Assembly (NCBI GenBank): GCA_020636005.1
Contig: JACJYR010000006.1
Span: forward strand, 191,723 to 255,722
DNA length: 64,000 bases
Reading direction: 5' to 3'
Source of the DNA: Lewinellaceae bacterium
GTDB lineage: Bacteria; Bacteroidota; Bacteroidia; Chitinophagales; Saprospiraceae
Part shown: positions 36,056 through 45,491 of the stretch, piece after piece
Numbering within the stretch: position 1 is the first letter of the stretch
How the letters are laid out: each line of letters opens with the position of its first letter
The notes under the pieces: model-generated
Seen by the model: the letters and a program-made list of their open reading frames with translations, nothing else
What the model was told of the DNA's origin: nothing
The model's database searches: none
Made by a program: the position numbers and the translations under genes

Positions 36056-38518
36056 ATGAACAAATCGGTACTTTTTGTTGCATGGATTGCCATGCTGCTG
36101 CCCGGCTATTCTTTCGGTCAATCGGGCAATTCACTCTTCGATCCTTCCTATGTTCATGAGCTTCGCTTTGTCTTTTTCCAACCCAATTATTTTAACGAAA
36201 TGGATAGCCTTTGGGACGAACACCACGAGGCTTCCGGCATCAATATCCCTTATACCAAGGCTTTTATTCAGATAGACGGCCAATGGCTGGATACAGTAGG
36301 CATCCGCATCAAGGGCCTTTCCTCTTATTACAAGGCCAATGAACTCAAGAAGCCCTTTAAAGTGGACTTGAACGAATTTGTAGCAGACAACGAATACGAC
36401 GGCATGAGCAAGTTTAACCTGCACAATGGGGCTTGCGACCCAAGTATGTTGCGGGATTTCCTCTCCTATAATATCCTCCGCACCGCAGGCGTGAGCGCAC
36501 CGAGGGTGTCGCACTGCAAAGTTTACTTCAATGGCCAATACTGGGGACTCTACAGCATCATCGAGCAGATTGACAAGACATTTCTCAAAAATAACTTTGC
36601 CGACGACAATGGGACGCTGATAAAGAACACAGGCTGGGACGAGCTGCAGTGGCAAGGCCCCGAAATCACGCCTTACCTGGCAGATTATGAAATGAAAACC
36701 AATGAGGTTGAATACGACTGGAGCGGCTTTCTGAATTTTCTGGATGTGTTGAACAACAGCACGGATGAGGATTTTCCAGCAGCCATCCAACAGGTGTTCG
36801 ATGTAGATCTGTACCTGCACGTCATGGCCGCCGACGTGATGACGAACAACTGGGACAGCTACATTGACGGCGAGCGCAACTACTACCTGTACCAGGAGGA
36901 ATCTTCCGGAAAATTCCATTGGATTCCCTGGGACTACAACCTCAGCCTTGGCGGTGCGCTGACGGCAGACGGAAACCCATTTCCTCCTTTTGACTCGGCT
37001 TGTTATATCCAGGCGAATTTTTCACACATCGTGTCGGGAAGTTCCATCGCATTCACGAATTTATCAGTTCCATCTGTTGATTCCATCCGATGGGATTTTG
37101 GGGACAACCAAACTTCAACTGTTCCTGATCCGCTGCATTATTTCGCCATTGGCGGAACGGTCAATGTTTGCCTGACCGCCTACCGGACAGAGGGCGGGCA
37201 GGTTTGCCAGAATACCCGTTGCAGAAAGGTGGATGTTGACTTCTCGCCCCAAACCTGCAACACCATTGCCAATGGCAGTTGCCCTTTCCAGGCCACCGAC
37301 CCCTATTTTCAATTGGTCGCCCAACAGGATTCCTATTGCTGTGAAGAACAATGGGACGCTGTATGTACCCTACAGTATTTTGAGTTGAGTCAATCTGCAC
37401 AGAACAACAGCATCGGCAGCCCCGGCGTACCTTACAGCCTCGATTACCCGCTCATCATCCCCGACACCAACAAAGTGCTTATCCGGCGCTTGATGAACGT
37501 ACCGGAGTTCCGCCAACGCTACCTTGATATCTGTTGCGTCATGCTGGCCAATAATTTTACCGAGGAAAGGCTTTTCCCGCTGATTGACCAGCAGGCCGAA
37601 CTCATCCGCCCGTACATCATGGAAGATCCTAATTACATTTTTACGCCTGATTTCTTTAATTACGATGTTGGCAACGGCACCGGCGGCGGCGGCGATGCGG
37701 AAATACCAGCCTTAAAATGGTTGTTGAGCAAACGCTTCGACCAACTGGCCGGCCACATGCTTGACGAAGGGCACGACTGCACTAGTGCTTTTTCCACCCT
37801 AAGCTGGCACGATTTGGTAATCAATGAATTTGCGGCTTCGAATGATGAAAACAGCGGTATCGCCGATGCTGACGGGGAATTCGATGACTGGATTGAAATC
37901 TACAACAACACCAGTGAAACAATTGACCTCAGCCATTATTATTTGACTGATTCGCCTGAAAGCCCCCGCCAATGGACCTTTCCACTTGGTTCCTTTATCG
38001 ACCCTCAAAGTTACCTGATAGTTTGGGCCGACAAAGACGAGAACCAGGCCGGTGTCCACAGCAATTTCAAACTGTCGGCCAGCGGGGAATTTTTGATGCT
38101 CAGCCATGAGGACGGCACGGTAGTGGACAGCTTCAGCTTTGGGCCTCAGGTTACGAACAAGACCAACGCCAGGCGGCCAAATGGCACCGGCGAATTTTTT
38201 GTTCAGCTACCCACTTTTTCAGCCAACAACGAATTGGTGAGCAGCACTAAAACACTGAATTTGGATCCGACTTTCGAGGTGTACCCCAACCCAGCCAACC
38301 ACCAGTTCATCATTGATTTTGGTAAAAACATTTGGCAGAGCCATGAAATTGTATTTTCTTTGAACGATGCTTTTGGCACCAGCCATCTCACTGGCCTCGT
38401 TAACAACTCACACCAAACAATAGTACCGACCTCCCCCCTTCCCGACGGATACTATTTTCTCAAAGTACAAATTGATGGATATGGAACTATCGTTAAAAAG
38501 GTCGTCGTATGCCATTAA
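36056..38518 (+). CDS. Secreted CotH-family kinase-like protein with a PKD-like module, a lamin-tail domain and a T9SS type A C-terminal domain
   Basis: The CotH core is FKVDLNEF...FNLHNGACDPSMLRDFLSYNILR...YWGLYSIIEQIDK...NWDSYIDGERNYYLYQ...WIPWDYNLSLG. The PKD-like module has IRWDFGDNQTS. The LTD is LVINEFAASN...DDWIEIYNNTSETIDLSHYYLTD...NFKLSASGEFLMLS. The C-terminus reads VYPNPANHQFIIDF...DGYYFLKVQ. I chose the start at MNKSVLF. Confidence 0.85.
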   Translation: MNKSVLFVAWIAMLLPGYSFGQSGNSLFDPSYVHELRFVFFQPNYFNEMDSLWDEHHEASGINIPYTKAFIQIDGQWLDTVGIRIKGLSSYYKANELKKPFKVDLNEFVADNEYDGMSKFNLHNGACDPSMLRDFLSYNILRTAGVSAPRVSHCKVYFNGQYWGLYSIIEQIDKTFLKNNFADDNGTLIKNTGWDELQWQGPEITPYLADYEMKTNEVEYDWSGFLNFLDVLNNSTDEDFPAAIQQVFDVDLYLHVMAADVMTNNWDSYIDGERNYYLYQEESSGKFHWIPWDYNLSLGGALTADGNPFPPFDSACYIQANFSHIVSGSSIAFTNLSVPSVDSIRWDFGDNQTSTVPDPLHYFAIGGTVNVCLTAYRTEGGQVCQNTRCRKVDVDFSPQTCNTIANGSCPFQATDPYFQLVAQQDSYCCEEQWDAVCTLQYFELSQSAQNNSIGSPGVPYSLDYPLIIPDTNKVLIRRLMNVPEFRQRYLDICCVMLANNFTEERLFPLIDQQAELIRPYIMEDPNYIFTPDFFNYDVGNGTGGGGDAEIPALKWLLSKRFDQLAGHMLDEGHDCTSAFSTLSWHDLVINEFAASNDENSGIADADGEFDDWIEIYNNTSETIDLSHYYLTDSPESPRQWTFPLGSFIDPQSYLIVWADKDENQAGVHSNFKLSASGEFLMLSHEDGTVVDSFSFGPQVTNKTNARRPNGTGEFFVQLPTFSANNELVSSTKTLNLDPTFEVYPNPANHQFIIDFGKNIWQSHEIVFSLNDAFGTSHLTGLVNNSHQTIVPTSPLPDGYYFLKVQIDGYGTIVKKVVVCH

Positions 38519-38791
38519 CTACGCTGTAATCTTTATATCCTGAATTCCCTCTTTTTATTTTCTCATCTCACTTAACAAGGCCGCTCACAGCCACCATAAC
38601 AAATCATGGTTATTGAACCTGCCTAATCATTGCCAGGGGCATTGATGGGAAAGGTTTGATATCATAAACCCAACGATTTCACGCTGGCCCCGCCAGGGAG
38701 AGCCTGGCTTTTTTAATAATCTGAACAAAGAGCAAGCAGCCCCCCAACTGTTTGATGAACCAATATTTTTAACCATTACAAACTGAGCATT

Positions 38792-41700
38792 ATGAACTTT
38801 AAATTTAACCAATTTTTGAGGTTTTGTGCGTTGCCGGCCTTGTTCGTGTTGGCGGCAATGACACCTCACATGTTACAAGCCCAGGATTGTTGCGATCAAG
38901 GCGACAAACCAGTTTCCCTCACCTTAATCTATACTGGGGAAGGCTGTTCTGCGACCAACACTACGCAAAGTACCAGCAAGTACAGTTGCAACAACTACAA
39001 CGGCGGCCCCGCCGGGGCATCCTCCGTTTATATTGTGGCAAGTAAAAGTGCCAACGGCAGTGGCGATGTGTATTTTGCAGGAACTGTCAACCTGAATGGC
39101 CAATTCACGGCAAGTGCAGCCAATGCCGGAAAAGACAAGCTGGAGTCGAACACCTATTTCACCATTTACACGAGCCAGGGTGGCAGCCTTAGGGCGGTTA
39201 TCAAGATCCATACTTCCTGCTCGGCCCCCCTCGTAAGCGGCGAACAGTTTGGTGGCTTGAAAATACAGTCAGTTGCCTTCAAGAACGGTGTAAACTGTGG
39301 CCCGCCTGTTCCGCCGCAGGTATGTCCTACCCCGGTCATTGAAGTACAAACCGGCCAATTATGCGCTGGTGCCCCTGTTACTTTTACAGCACCGGATTTG
39401 GGATTCCCCTGCCTGATGTACGTTTGGGATTTTGGCGCAGGTGCCAATCCACCTGTATTTGTGGGCAAAGGCCCTGTAACAGTTACTTTTTCAACACCAG
39501 GCACCAAAACCGTTTCGCTTTCCATAGACAATGGTTGCGATGGCAACAACAATAACGGCAATGCCGGCAGCGGGAGTGGCAGCGGGAGTGGCAGTGGTAG
39601 CGGCAGTGGCAGCGGCAGTGGCGGTTCAGGGTCTGGTAGTGGTTCAGGTGCCGGCGCCAATGTTACGCCGGTAATTTGTCCAACTCCTTGCGGGCCAGTT
39701 GGAGCAGGAAGCGGTTCCGGTTCTGGTTCTGGTGGCAGTGGCTCTGGAAGCGGGGATCCTTGCAACCAGGGTTCTGGCTCCGGGAGCGGTTCTGGAAGCG
39801 GTTCTGGAAGCGGCGGCAGCGGTTCTGGAAGCGGCTCGGGCAGTGGCAACGCCAATACGGGCGGAGGTTTTGCCCAGCCTTGCCTTGAGTGCAGGAAGAC
39901 AACAACCATTACAGTTACCATAGAGAACTGCAATCCCTGTGTAAACCAAGGTGGCGATACCGACGGTGATGGCGTTTGCAACAACCAGGACTGTGCGCCC
40001 AACAATCCGAACCTGCCGACCACCCCGGGCACTGCCTGCGACGATGGCAACCCAAACACGGTCAACGACTTGATCCAGGCGGATGGCTGCTCCTGCGCCG
40101 GTGTCTTCAACCCTTGCGCTGCCCAGGGCGGCGACAGCGATAACGATGGTGTCTGCAACAACCAGGATTGCGCACCATTCGACCCGAACTTTCCGAAACC
40201 CGCAGGAACACCTTGTAATGACGGCAACCCCAACACGTTGAACGACGTGATACAATCAGACGGGTGCTCTTGTGCTGGTACCTTTAACCCCTGCGCCACC
40301 CAGGGCGGCGACAGCGACTTCGACGGCGTTTGCGATTTTGTGGACTGTGCCCCGCTCAACCCGAACTTGCCGAAACCGGCCGGCACACCCTGCAACGACT
40401 TCAACCCGAATACGATCAACGATGTGATTCAAGCCGATGGTTGCTCTTGTGCAGGGGTATTCAATCCTTGTGCTGGACAGGGCGGCGATACGGATGGCGA
40501 TGGTGTTTGCAACAACCAAGATTGCAGGCCCAATGATCCGGCATTCCCGGCTGCTCCGGGCACGGCCTGCAACGACGGAAATCCAAATACGGTGAACGAC
40601 GTAGTGCAGGCAGATGGCTGCTCCTGTGCAGGCACACCTATCAACCCTTGTGTGAACCAGGGCGGCGATACGGATGGCGATGGTGTTTGCAACAACCAGG
40701 ATTGCAAACCTTTTGACCCTGCTTTCCCGGCTGCGCCCGGCACGGCCTGCAACGATGGAAATCCAAATACGGTGAACGACGTAGTGCAGGCAGATGGCTG
40801 TTCCTGCGCAGGTACGCCAATCCAGGTGTGCGACAACGTCATCAACGGCGGCACGATTGGTTTTGGCCCGGCCTGCCTGGGCAGTACGACCATTTCCTGC
40901 AATGCCAATGCACCCACCATCACCAATTGTGCAACACCAACTGGAGGTAGCGGTAATTTGGAAACTATTTGGCTGAAAAGCACGACCAGTTGCACTTATC
41001 CGACTACCACCGCTGCCCAGGTGATGGCAGGGCTTGACCCTCACTGGACTGTTATTGCCGGCGCTAGCGGCTTGACGTACGATCCCGGGCAAGTTTCACA
41101 AAGCACCTGCTACCTGCGCTGCACCCGCCGGGCTGGTTGTGATGTTTATCTTGAATCCAACATCATCAGCCTGACTGCGAACTGCAACAACGCAGCACCC
41201 GATTGCAGCAACATTGGCGTCACTGCAGGCCAGGGCAAGATTCAGATCACCGGATTGAATGGCGCCCCGGTTGTCATGGTACAGGTCTGGACTATTGGTT
41301 GGAGCTATGTGTTCGATTGCTCTGGAACTTGCGGCGGCAACACCATCAACATTCCGGTAGGCCCCGGCGCATACCGTGTAAAAGTGAAATACGCCAATGC
41401 ACAATGGAATACGGTTTGTGAGCGGAATGAAGTAGTAAATGTGGTCAACGCCCTTTTAGCGGCGGGAAGCAATTTTGATTTCGAGGCCAACAAATACGAC
41501 GAACATGCAGAGCTTCAGTGGGTACACAACCAGGGCAAACTGGTGCAAAACTATGTACTCGAACGCTCCACCGATGACATTGACTATGAGACCCTTGAAA
41601 GTGTACCTTCCGAAGGCGGCACCAACAATGAGTTTTACAATGGCTATGACATGGCACCAGTCAAAGGAGACAATTTCTACCGTGTCCGCATGGATTTGAA

Positions 41701-42007
41701 GGATGGCACCGTCGCCTATTCAAACGTCAAGCTCATCCACTACGACGACCTTATGGATTTCGGGCTGTTCCCGAACCCGGCCAATGATTTTGTGAAGTTG
41801 AACCTGGAAACGGAAATCGGCAACACACTGGATATTGTGATATACAACAACCTTGGGGTGGTCGTGAAACAGTTCCACCTCAACGAAGTGTACAGCAAAT
41901 ACTACCAGATGGACATCCGTGATGTGCGGGAAGGCCATTACATCGTGAAAGTGACACGTGACGGCAAACGGCCTGTCGCCAAAACCTTGATGGTAGGAAA
42001 ACCTTAA
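38792..42007 (+). CDS. Secreted 1071-aa protein with (GS)n linkers, five thrombospondin-type-3-like Ca-binding repeats and a T9SS type A C-terminal domain
   Basis: It has a signal peptide (ALPALFVLAAMTPHMLQAQ) and a PKD-like module (VWDFGAGANPP). Three GS tracts and five repeats of NPC..QGGD.D.DGVCN.QDC.P..P.FP...GT.C.DGNPNT.ND..Q.DGCSCAG follow. The C-terminus reads LFPNPANDFVKLNLE...GHYIVKV. Confidence 0.8.
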   Translation: MNFKFNQFLRFCALPALFVLAAMTPHMLQAQDCCDQGDKPVSLTLIYTGEGCSATNTTQSTSKYSCNNYNGGPAGASSVYIVASKSANGSGDVYFAGTVNLNGQFTASAANAGKDKLESNTYFTIYTSQGGSLRAVIKIHTSCSAPLVSGEQFGGLKIQSVAFKNGVNCGPPVPPQVCPTPVIEVQTGQLCAGAPVTFTAPDLGFPCLMYVWDFGAGANPPVFVGKGPVTVTFSTPGTKTVSLSIDNGCDGNNNNGNAGSGSGSGSGSGSGSGSGSGGSGSGSGSGAGANVTPVICPTPCGPVGAGSGSGSGSGGSGSGSGDPCNQGSGSGSGSGSGSGSGGSGSGSGSGSGNANTGGGFAQPCLECRKTTTITVTIENCNPCVNQGGDTDGDGVCNNQDCAPNNPNLPTTPGTACDDGNPNTVNDLIQADGCSCAGVFNPCAAQGGDSDNDGVCNNQDCAPFDPNFPKPAGTPCNDGNPNTLNDVIQSDGCSCAGTFNPCATQGGDSDFDGVCDFVDCAPLNPNLPKPAGTPCNDFNPNTINDVIQADGCSCAGVFNPCAGQGGDTDGDGVCNNQDCRPNDPAFPAAPGTACNDGNPNTVNDVVQADGCSCAGTPINPCVNQGGDTDGDGVCNNQDCKPFDPAFPAAPGTACNDGNPNTVNDVVQADGCSCAGTPIQVCDNVINGGTIGFGPACLGSTTISCNANAPTITNCATPTGGSGNLETIWLKSTTSCTYPTTTAAQVMAGLDPHWTVIAGASGLTYDPGQVSQSTCYLRCTRRAGCDVYLESNIISLTANCNNAAPDCSNIGVTAGQGKIQITGLNGAPVVMVQVWTIGWSYVFDCSGTCGGNTINIPVGPGAYRVKVKYANAQWNTVCERNEVVNVVNALLAAGSNFDFEANKYDEHAELQWVHNQGKLVQNYVLERSTDDIDYETLESVPSEGGTNNEFYNGYDMAPVKGDNFYRVRMDLKDGTVAYSNVKLIHYDDLMDFGLFPNPANDFVKLNLETEIGNTLDIVIYNNLGVVVKQFHLNEVYSKYYQMDIRDVREGHYIVKVTRDGKRPVAKTLMVGKP
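39567..39846 (+). repeat. Gly-Ser dipeptide tracts encoded by a GGY/AGY microsatellite-like sequence (three blocks)
   Basis: The peptide reads GSGSGSGSGSGSGSGSGGSGSGSGSGAG...GAGSGSGSGGSGSGS...GSGSGSGSGSGSGGSGSGSGSGSG. The DNA is ggcagY/ggaagc iterations. Confidence 0.8.
39932..40822 (+). repeat. Five in-frame tandem repeats of 177-180 bp (59-60 aa, TSP3-like Asp-rich Ca-binding plus Cys-knot unit)
   Basis: The last two units (about 40463-40822) are roughly 90% identical at the DNA level. All five share GGD.D.DGVC..QDC and NPNT.ND..Q.DGCSCAG. Confidence 0.8.
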
Positions 42008-42125
42008 GTAAGCAGGCTGAATTGTTCGACACAATTGGTGCTGTTGGAAATTAAAGATTCACATCGGTAAATGGTTTGGATTCGGCCATTTTCAACGGTT
42101 GACAACAAAGTCAAACCATTTTCAA
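42008..42125 (+). repeat. Dispersed repeat family 2, copy B (starts 1 nt after the stop of 38792..42007)
   Basis: The sequence gtaAGCAGGCTGAATTGTTCGACACAATTGGTGCTGTTGGAAAT...GGTAAATGGTTTGGATTCGGCC...GACAACAAAGTCAAACCATT matches copy C over GACAACAAAGTCAAACCAT and copies A and C over the 5' 45 nt. Confidence 0.6.
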
Positions 42126-42201
42126 ACGTGTCGAACCAATTCAAACTACTTCTTAATCATAAATACTTTTCCAGGTAAGTACTGAAAAGGTTATTTTAAT
42201 C

Positions 42202-42238
42202 AAACAACAGCCGCCCGGGTTTCCGGGCGGCTGTTTTG
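42202..42238. terminator. Bidirectional rho-independent terminator between convergent giant genes
   Basis: The sequence AAACAACAGCCGCCCGGgtttCCGGGCGGCTGTTTTGTTT has a GC-rich stem of about 13 bp with flanking A and T runs. It abuts the stop of 42240..45113. Confidence 0.7.
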
Positions 42239-42239
42239 T

Positions 42240-45113
42240 TTACCACCAAATCTGGAGATATCCGGACAGCCATTTGCTGCCATCCCCCAAATCTATGAGG
42301 TAGAAATAGGTGCCAAACGGCAGTCGTTTTCCTTGCCAATAGCCATCCCAATCGTTCCGGTAGTTTTTCGTCTGAAACACCTTGTTGCCCCACCGGTTGA
42401 AGACCATGATGTTGTGGTTGGGATAGGCGCCAATACCGTCAATTTTGAAGAAATCGTTCACGCCATCGCCGTTGGGCGAGAAGCCATTATATACAATGAG
42501 CCCATCGCAGGAAACCTTGACAAATACCAGGGTGGACTGGCAGCCGAACGCCGTGCATACCTGGTAACTAAATTGGTCCAATGGCCCGTCATCGTTGCAG
42601 TAGCCTTCTTCTGGCACGTAGTTGATGGTGCCGTCGCCATTCAGTATAACGGAACCATGTTGGGGCTGGGCCAGGATAGTCATAGAGACTATGCTGTCGG
42701 GAATAATGTCATTGAGCAGTACTTCGCCCGTTATCGGGATGTTTTTTGTCGTGCAAAGTGAATCTGGCAACAGGGCAAAGTCATCGTCAATCACCGTCAC
42801 GTGGATATAGGTTGTATCGCATATTCCCGCATCGTCGCAGATGACATAGCAGGCATCTGTTTCCCCCGGTTCGAGGGCCACTACCTCCACGCAAACAGTG
42901 GAGGGCAAAATGGCCAAATCAGCTGCTGTGATAATGCTTTCACCGCAAGCACTGAAGACGCCGCTGACCTCGCCTTCCAGTTCCTCCGTGCTCAGGCAGA
43001 TGGTATCAAGCGTACCGACGGGCATGGTAATTTCAACGAAATCTGGTGTTACACAAACAACACGGAGGTTGAATGAGTCCACCTCGGCAGTCAGGAGATT
43101 AGTGACCACCACCATGTTGTTCCCTTCCGGCAGGTTCAGGTAAGTGCTGTTGGCGGTAAACTGCTGGTACAGTTCAAGGATGGCCTCCGTGCTGTTGCTC
43201 AATTGGCGGATGGTCATCTTGCTGTAATAAATCTGGGGGTTTCCGCCGGAAATGGTGCGGGTCGTTTCATCGATAGTCCAGGTTCCGAAAATATCCCACT
43301 GGTTCATCCAGGCGACGAGCTCTTCAATCGTTTGAAAATCAACGGTGTAGTTGTTGCCGGCGATGTTCCAGTCTTCCAGCAGGTAGGGCCCCTGGCCGCC
43401 CGCCGCCAATAATGCACCGTAAGAATAATAGCGATCCCGCAAATAATCACAGGTACCAAATTCGCCCGTGTAAGGGCTGCCATTTACTTCAAAACCATAA
43501 TCGCCCAGCTTTGCATAGGGGATGTCCATGCAGAAAAACGGGTCGGTCACCCCGCAATTGTAAACAAGGAGCAAGGTGTCTTGCGGTGTGGGCGCCTGTG
43601 GGCAAACGAGCGGGATATTGTTGTTGAAAATAAAAGGATCGCCGGGCTGCAGGTTGAAGGACAAATAGTAAGGGTTGGCCTGGCACCCAACATCGGTCAG
43701 CAGCAGGTTGGCCGTATCTGCACCGAGCACTACCGGGTCAGCCATGCCCGTGGGGTCAATCGCTCCTGGCTGGGGAAGGCAATCCTGGCTAAAGGTGTAG
43801 TTGGCTGGGGGGGTATAGACCAATTGGTAGTTCCCTGGAGTGCCATCCGTGTAAAATTCATAATAGCCGGTAAAACCATCCGAAACGATAAAGACCTCAC
43901 CCGGACCAGTGACAGCAATGGAGCCTCCGGTCACGAGTTCCCCGGTGTTTTCACAATACAAATAACCAGTTGGGTCGTGCGGAAGAAGCTGGATGCTTTG
44001 TTGATCCATATCGTCTTCGGCACTATCGCCATTATTGGGCGTCGAATCTATATCTGTAATTGGGTTTCCAAAGGAATCTGTCGCCCCGGCCACTTCGGCC
44101 GTATTGTTGATCCACTGGCTGGAAGCACCGTACCTGACTGCCAGCACGATTTCGACAGAAGCGGATGCACCCGGCAGCAATGGCCCGGCGATGGTATATT
44201 GGGCCATGCCTGGTGTTGACACATCCCAGGCCAGTGAATTGTTGCCAGGTACCAATTCGGGTGAAATGAAATCGGATATCAAAATATTCGACACAGCTAT
44301 ATTTCCCTCGTTGGTCACGGTTATCAAATAATGGATTTCGTCACCAACATCCACCTGTGCCAGCTGACCCGGCGCCAGGGTTTTTGCAAGGGAAAGGTCG
44401 AAATATTGGCCGCACGATTCTTCCACAATAACGGGGCAGCAAAGCCCGGTCGGACAACCCGAAGTATTGACAATAAAAGTATAACTACCCGGAAGGGAAG
44501 CAGTATAAACCTGGCCCGTTCCCACAGCAACCAGGCCGTTGCCATCCTCCCTGAACCATTCGTAACCACTGAACCCGTCGGGGGCTTCCATGGTTACGGT
44601 TTCCCCTTCACTGGTACATATCTGGTACGGAATGCTCAAACAGGAGGTGGCCATATCGTCTTCCGGCAAAAAGCCATTGCCCGGCTCAGAATCAATATCC
44701 ATTTCGTTTTGTGCCCAAACTTCTGCCTGGAGGTAAATCACCCCTTCAGCAAGGATAACAACTTTCAATTCCAGTTCAAGCTCGGCAATGTTTGCCCCCA
44801 GGGCGTTTCCGATTTGCCAGATGCCTGAAACGGGATCGTAGGTAGTTCCAATGGGTGGAATAGCCAGCCAAAAAGAAGTGCCGGACGGGATGGCAGTTTT
44901 GACGGAAAGCCCTGTATTATTGCTTTGCCCCTCGTTTTTTACCTGGATAAAAAAGGAAACGGTGTCGCCCGGAATGGCTGAGGAAGTGGATGAAAAAGCA
45001 CCAATGGAAACATCATTGTACAACTGACCGAAAGCCAACTGGCCGGACAGCATCAACAGGGTGATGAATATTTGCGTGTGCCTTCCCCATAATAGGTTTG
45101 AGAAGGAGTTCAT
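42240..45113 (-). CDS. Large (957 aa) DUF11-repeat surface protein with a T9SS type B C-terminal sorting domain
   Basis: It has a signal peptide and two DUF11-like modules (PGDTVSFFIQVKNEGQSNNTGLSVKTAIPSGT...; VGDEIHYLITVTNEGNIAVSNILISDFI...). The C-terminus reads FSPNGDGVNDFFKIDG...FNRWGNKVF...WDGYWQG.... Confidence 0.85.
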   Translation of the reverse strand: MNSFSNLLWGRHTQIFITLLMLSGQLAFGQLYNDVSIGAFSSTSSAIPGDTVSFFIQVKNEGQSNNTGLSVKTAIPSGTSFWLAIPPIGTTYDPVSGIWQIGNALGANIAELELELKVVILAEGVIYLQAEVWAQNEMDIDSEPGNGFLPEDDMATSCLSIPYQICTSEGETVTMEAPDGFSGYEWFREDGNGLVAVGTGQVYTASLPGSYTFIVNTSGCPTGLCCPVIVEESCGQYFDLSLAKTLAPGQLAQVDVGDEIHYLITVTNEGNIAVSNILISDFISPELVPGNNSLAWDVSTPGMAQYTIAGPLLPGASASVEIVLAVRYGASSQWINNTAEVAGATDSFGNPITDIDSTPNNGDSAEDDMDQQSIQLLPHDPTGYLYCENTGELVTGGSIAVTGPGEVFIVSDGFTGYYEFYTDGTPGNYQLVYTPPANYTFSQDCLPQPGAIDPTGMADPVVLGADTANLLLTDVGCQANPYYLSFNLQPGDPFIFNNNIPLVCPQAPTPQDTLLLVYNCGVTDPFFCMDIPYAKLGDYGFEVNGSPYTGEFGTCDYLRDRYYSYGALLAAGGQGPYLLEDWNIAGNNYTVDFQTIEELVAWMNQWDIFGTWTIDETTRTISGGNPQIYYSKMTIRQLSNSTEAILELYQQFTANSTYLNLPEGNNMVVVTNLLTAEVDSFNLRVVCVTPDFVEITMPVGTLDTICLSTEELEGEVSGVFSACGESIITAADLAILPSTVCVEVVALEPGETDACYVICDDAGICDTTYIHVTVIDDDFALLPDSLCTTKNIPITGEVLLNDIIPDSIVSMTILAQPQHGSVILNGDGTINYVPEEGYCNDDGPLDQFSYQVCTAFGCQSTLVFVKVSCDGLIVYNGFSPNGDGVNDFFKIDGIGAYPNHNIMVFNRWGNKVFQTKNYRNDWDGYWQGKRLPFGTYFYLIDLGDGSKWLSGYLQIWW

Positions 45114-45227
45114 TCGTTCAAGTTTTTATTCTTTATGTCTTGTTTCAAACCGGTCTCCCGGTGCATCAAGGTGTTTTATGCTATCATAAAATTGGGTTTG
45201 CAGTTAAATTTTTCGTTGAAGTATGGT

Positions 45228-45270
45228 AAAAAAAAATGCAATGCCATCACAACTTGGGAGGCATTGCATT
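45228..45270 (-). terminator. Rho-independent terminator for 45492..48506 (minus strand)
   Basis: On the minus strand, the TGCAATGCC...GGCATTGCA stem is followed by a T9 run (plus-strand A-run 45228-45236). Confidence 0.55.
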
Positions 45271-45491
45271 TTATCATTTTTAACCAAACTTGCAATTTGC
45301 AGGCCAATAAAGAAAAGCCTGAAATTGTTGAAATGAGTTATCAGGAATTATTGAGTCTTTTGAAAACCAGGTGATTAGCCATTCCGCTTTTCAACGTACT
45401 TGCAAAAATCTTCATTCCCGATGTCGAATCTATGTTGTCGAATAGGTGACCGGCAACTGGAAAAACCAATCGCCGGTCATCTTTCACGCAT

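Noticed and set aside
36131-36919. A 262-aa ORF antisense to the CotH-like gene. Similar cases are 31618..32298 (226 aa), 10308..10979 (223 aa) and 3100..3573 (157 aa).
   Set aside because: Each lies inside a CDS with strong family motifs on the opposite strand, and their translations are Val/His/Gln-rich mirror artefacts.
39166-41092. Antisense and off-frame ORFs of 417, 278, 203 and 188 aa overlapping 38792..42007.
   Set aside because: They arise from GC-rich, repetitive (GS)n and TSP3-repeat DNA. Their Pro/Gln/Ala-rich low-complexity translations mirror the repeat period. The plus-strand frame has a signal peptide, recognisable domains and a T9SS CTD.
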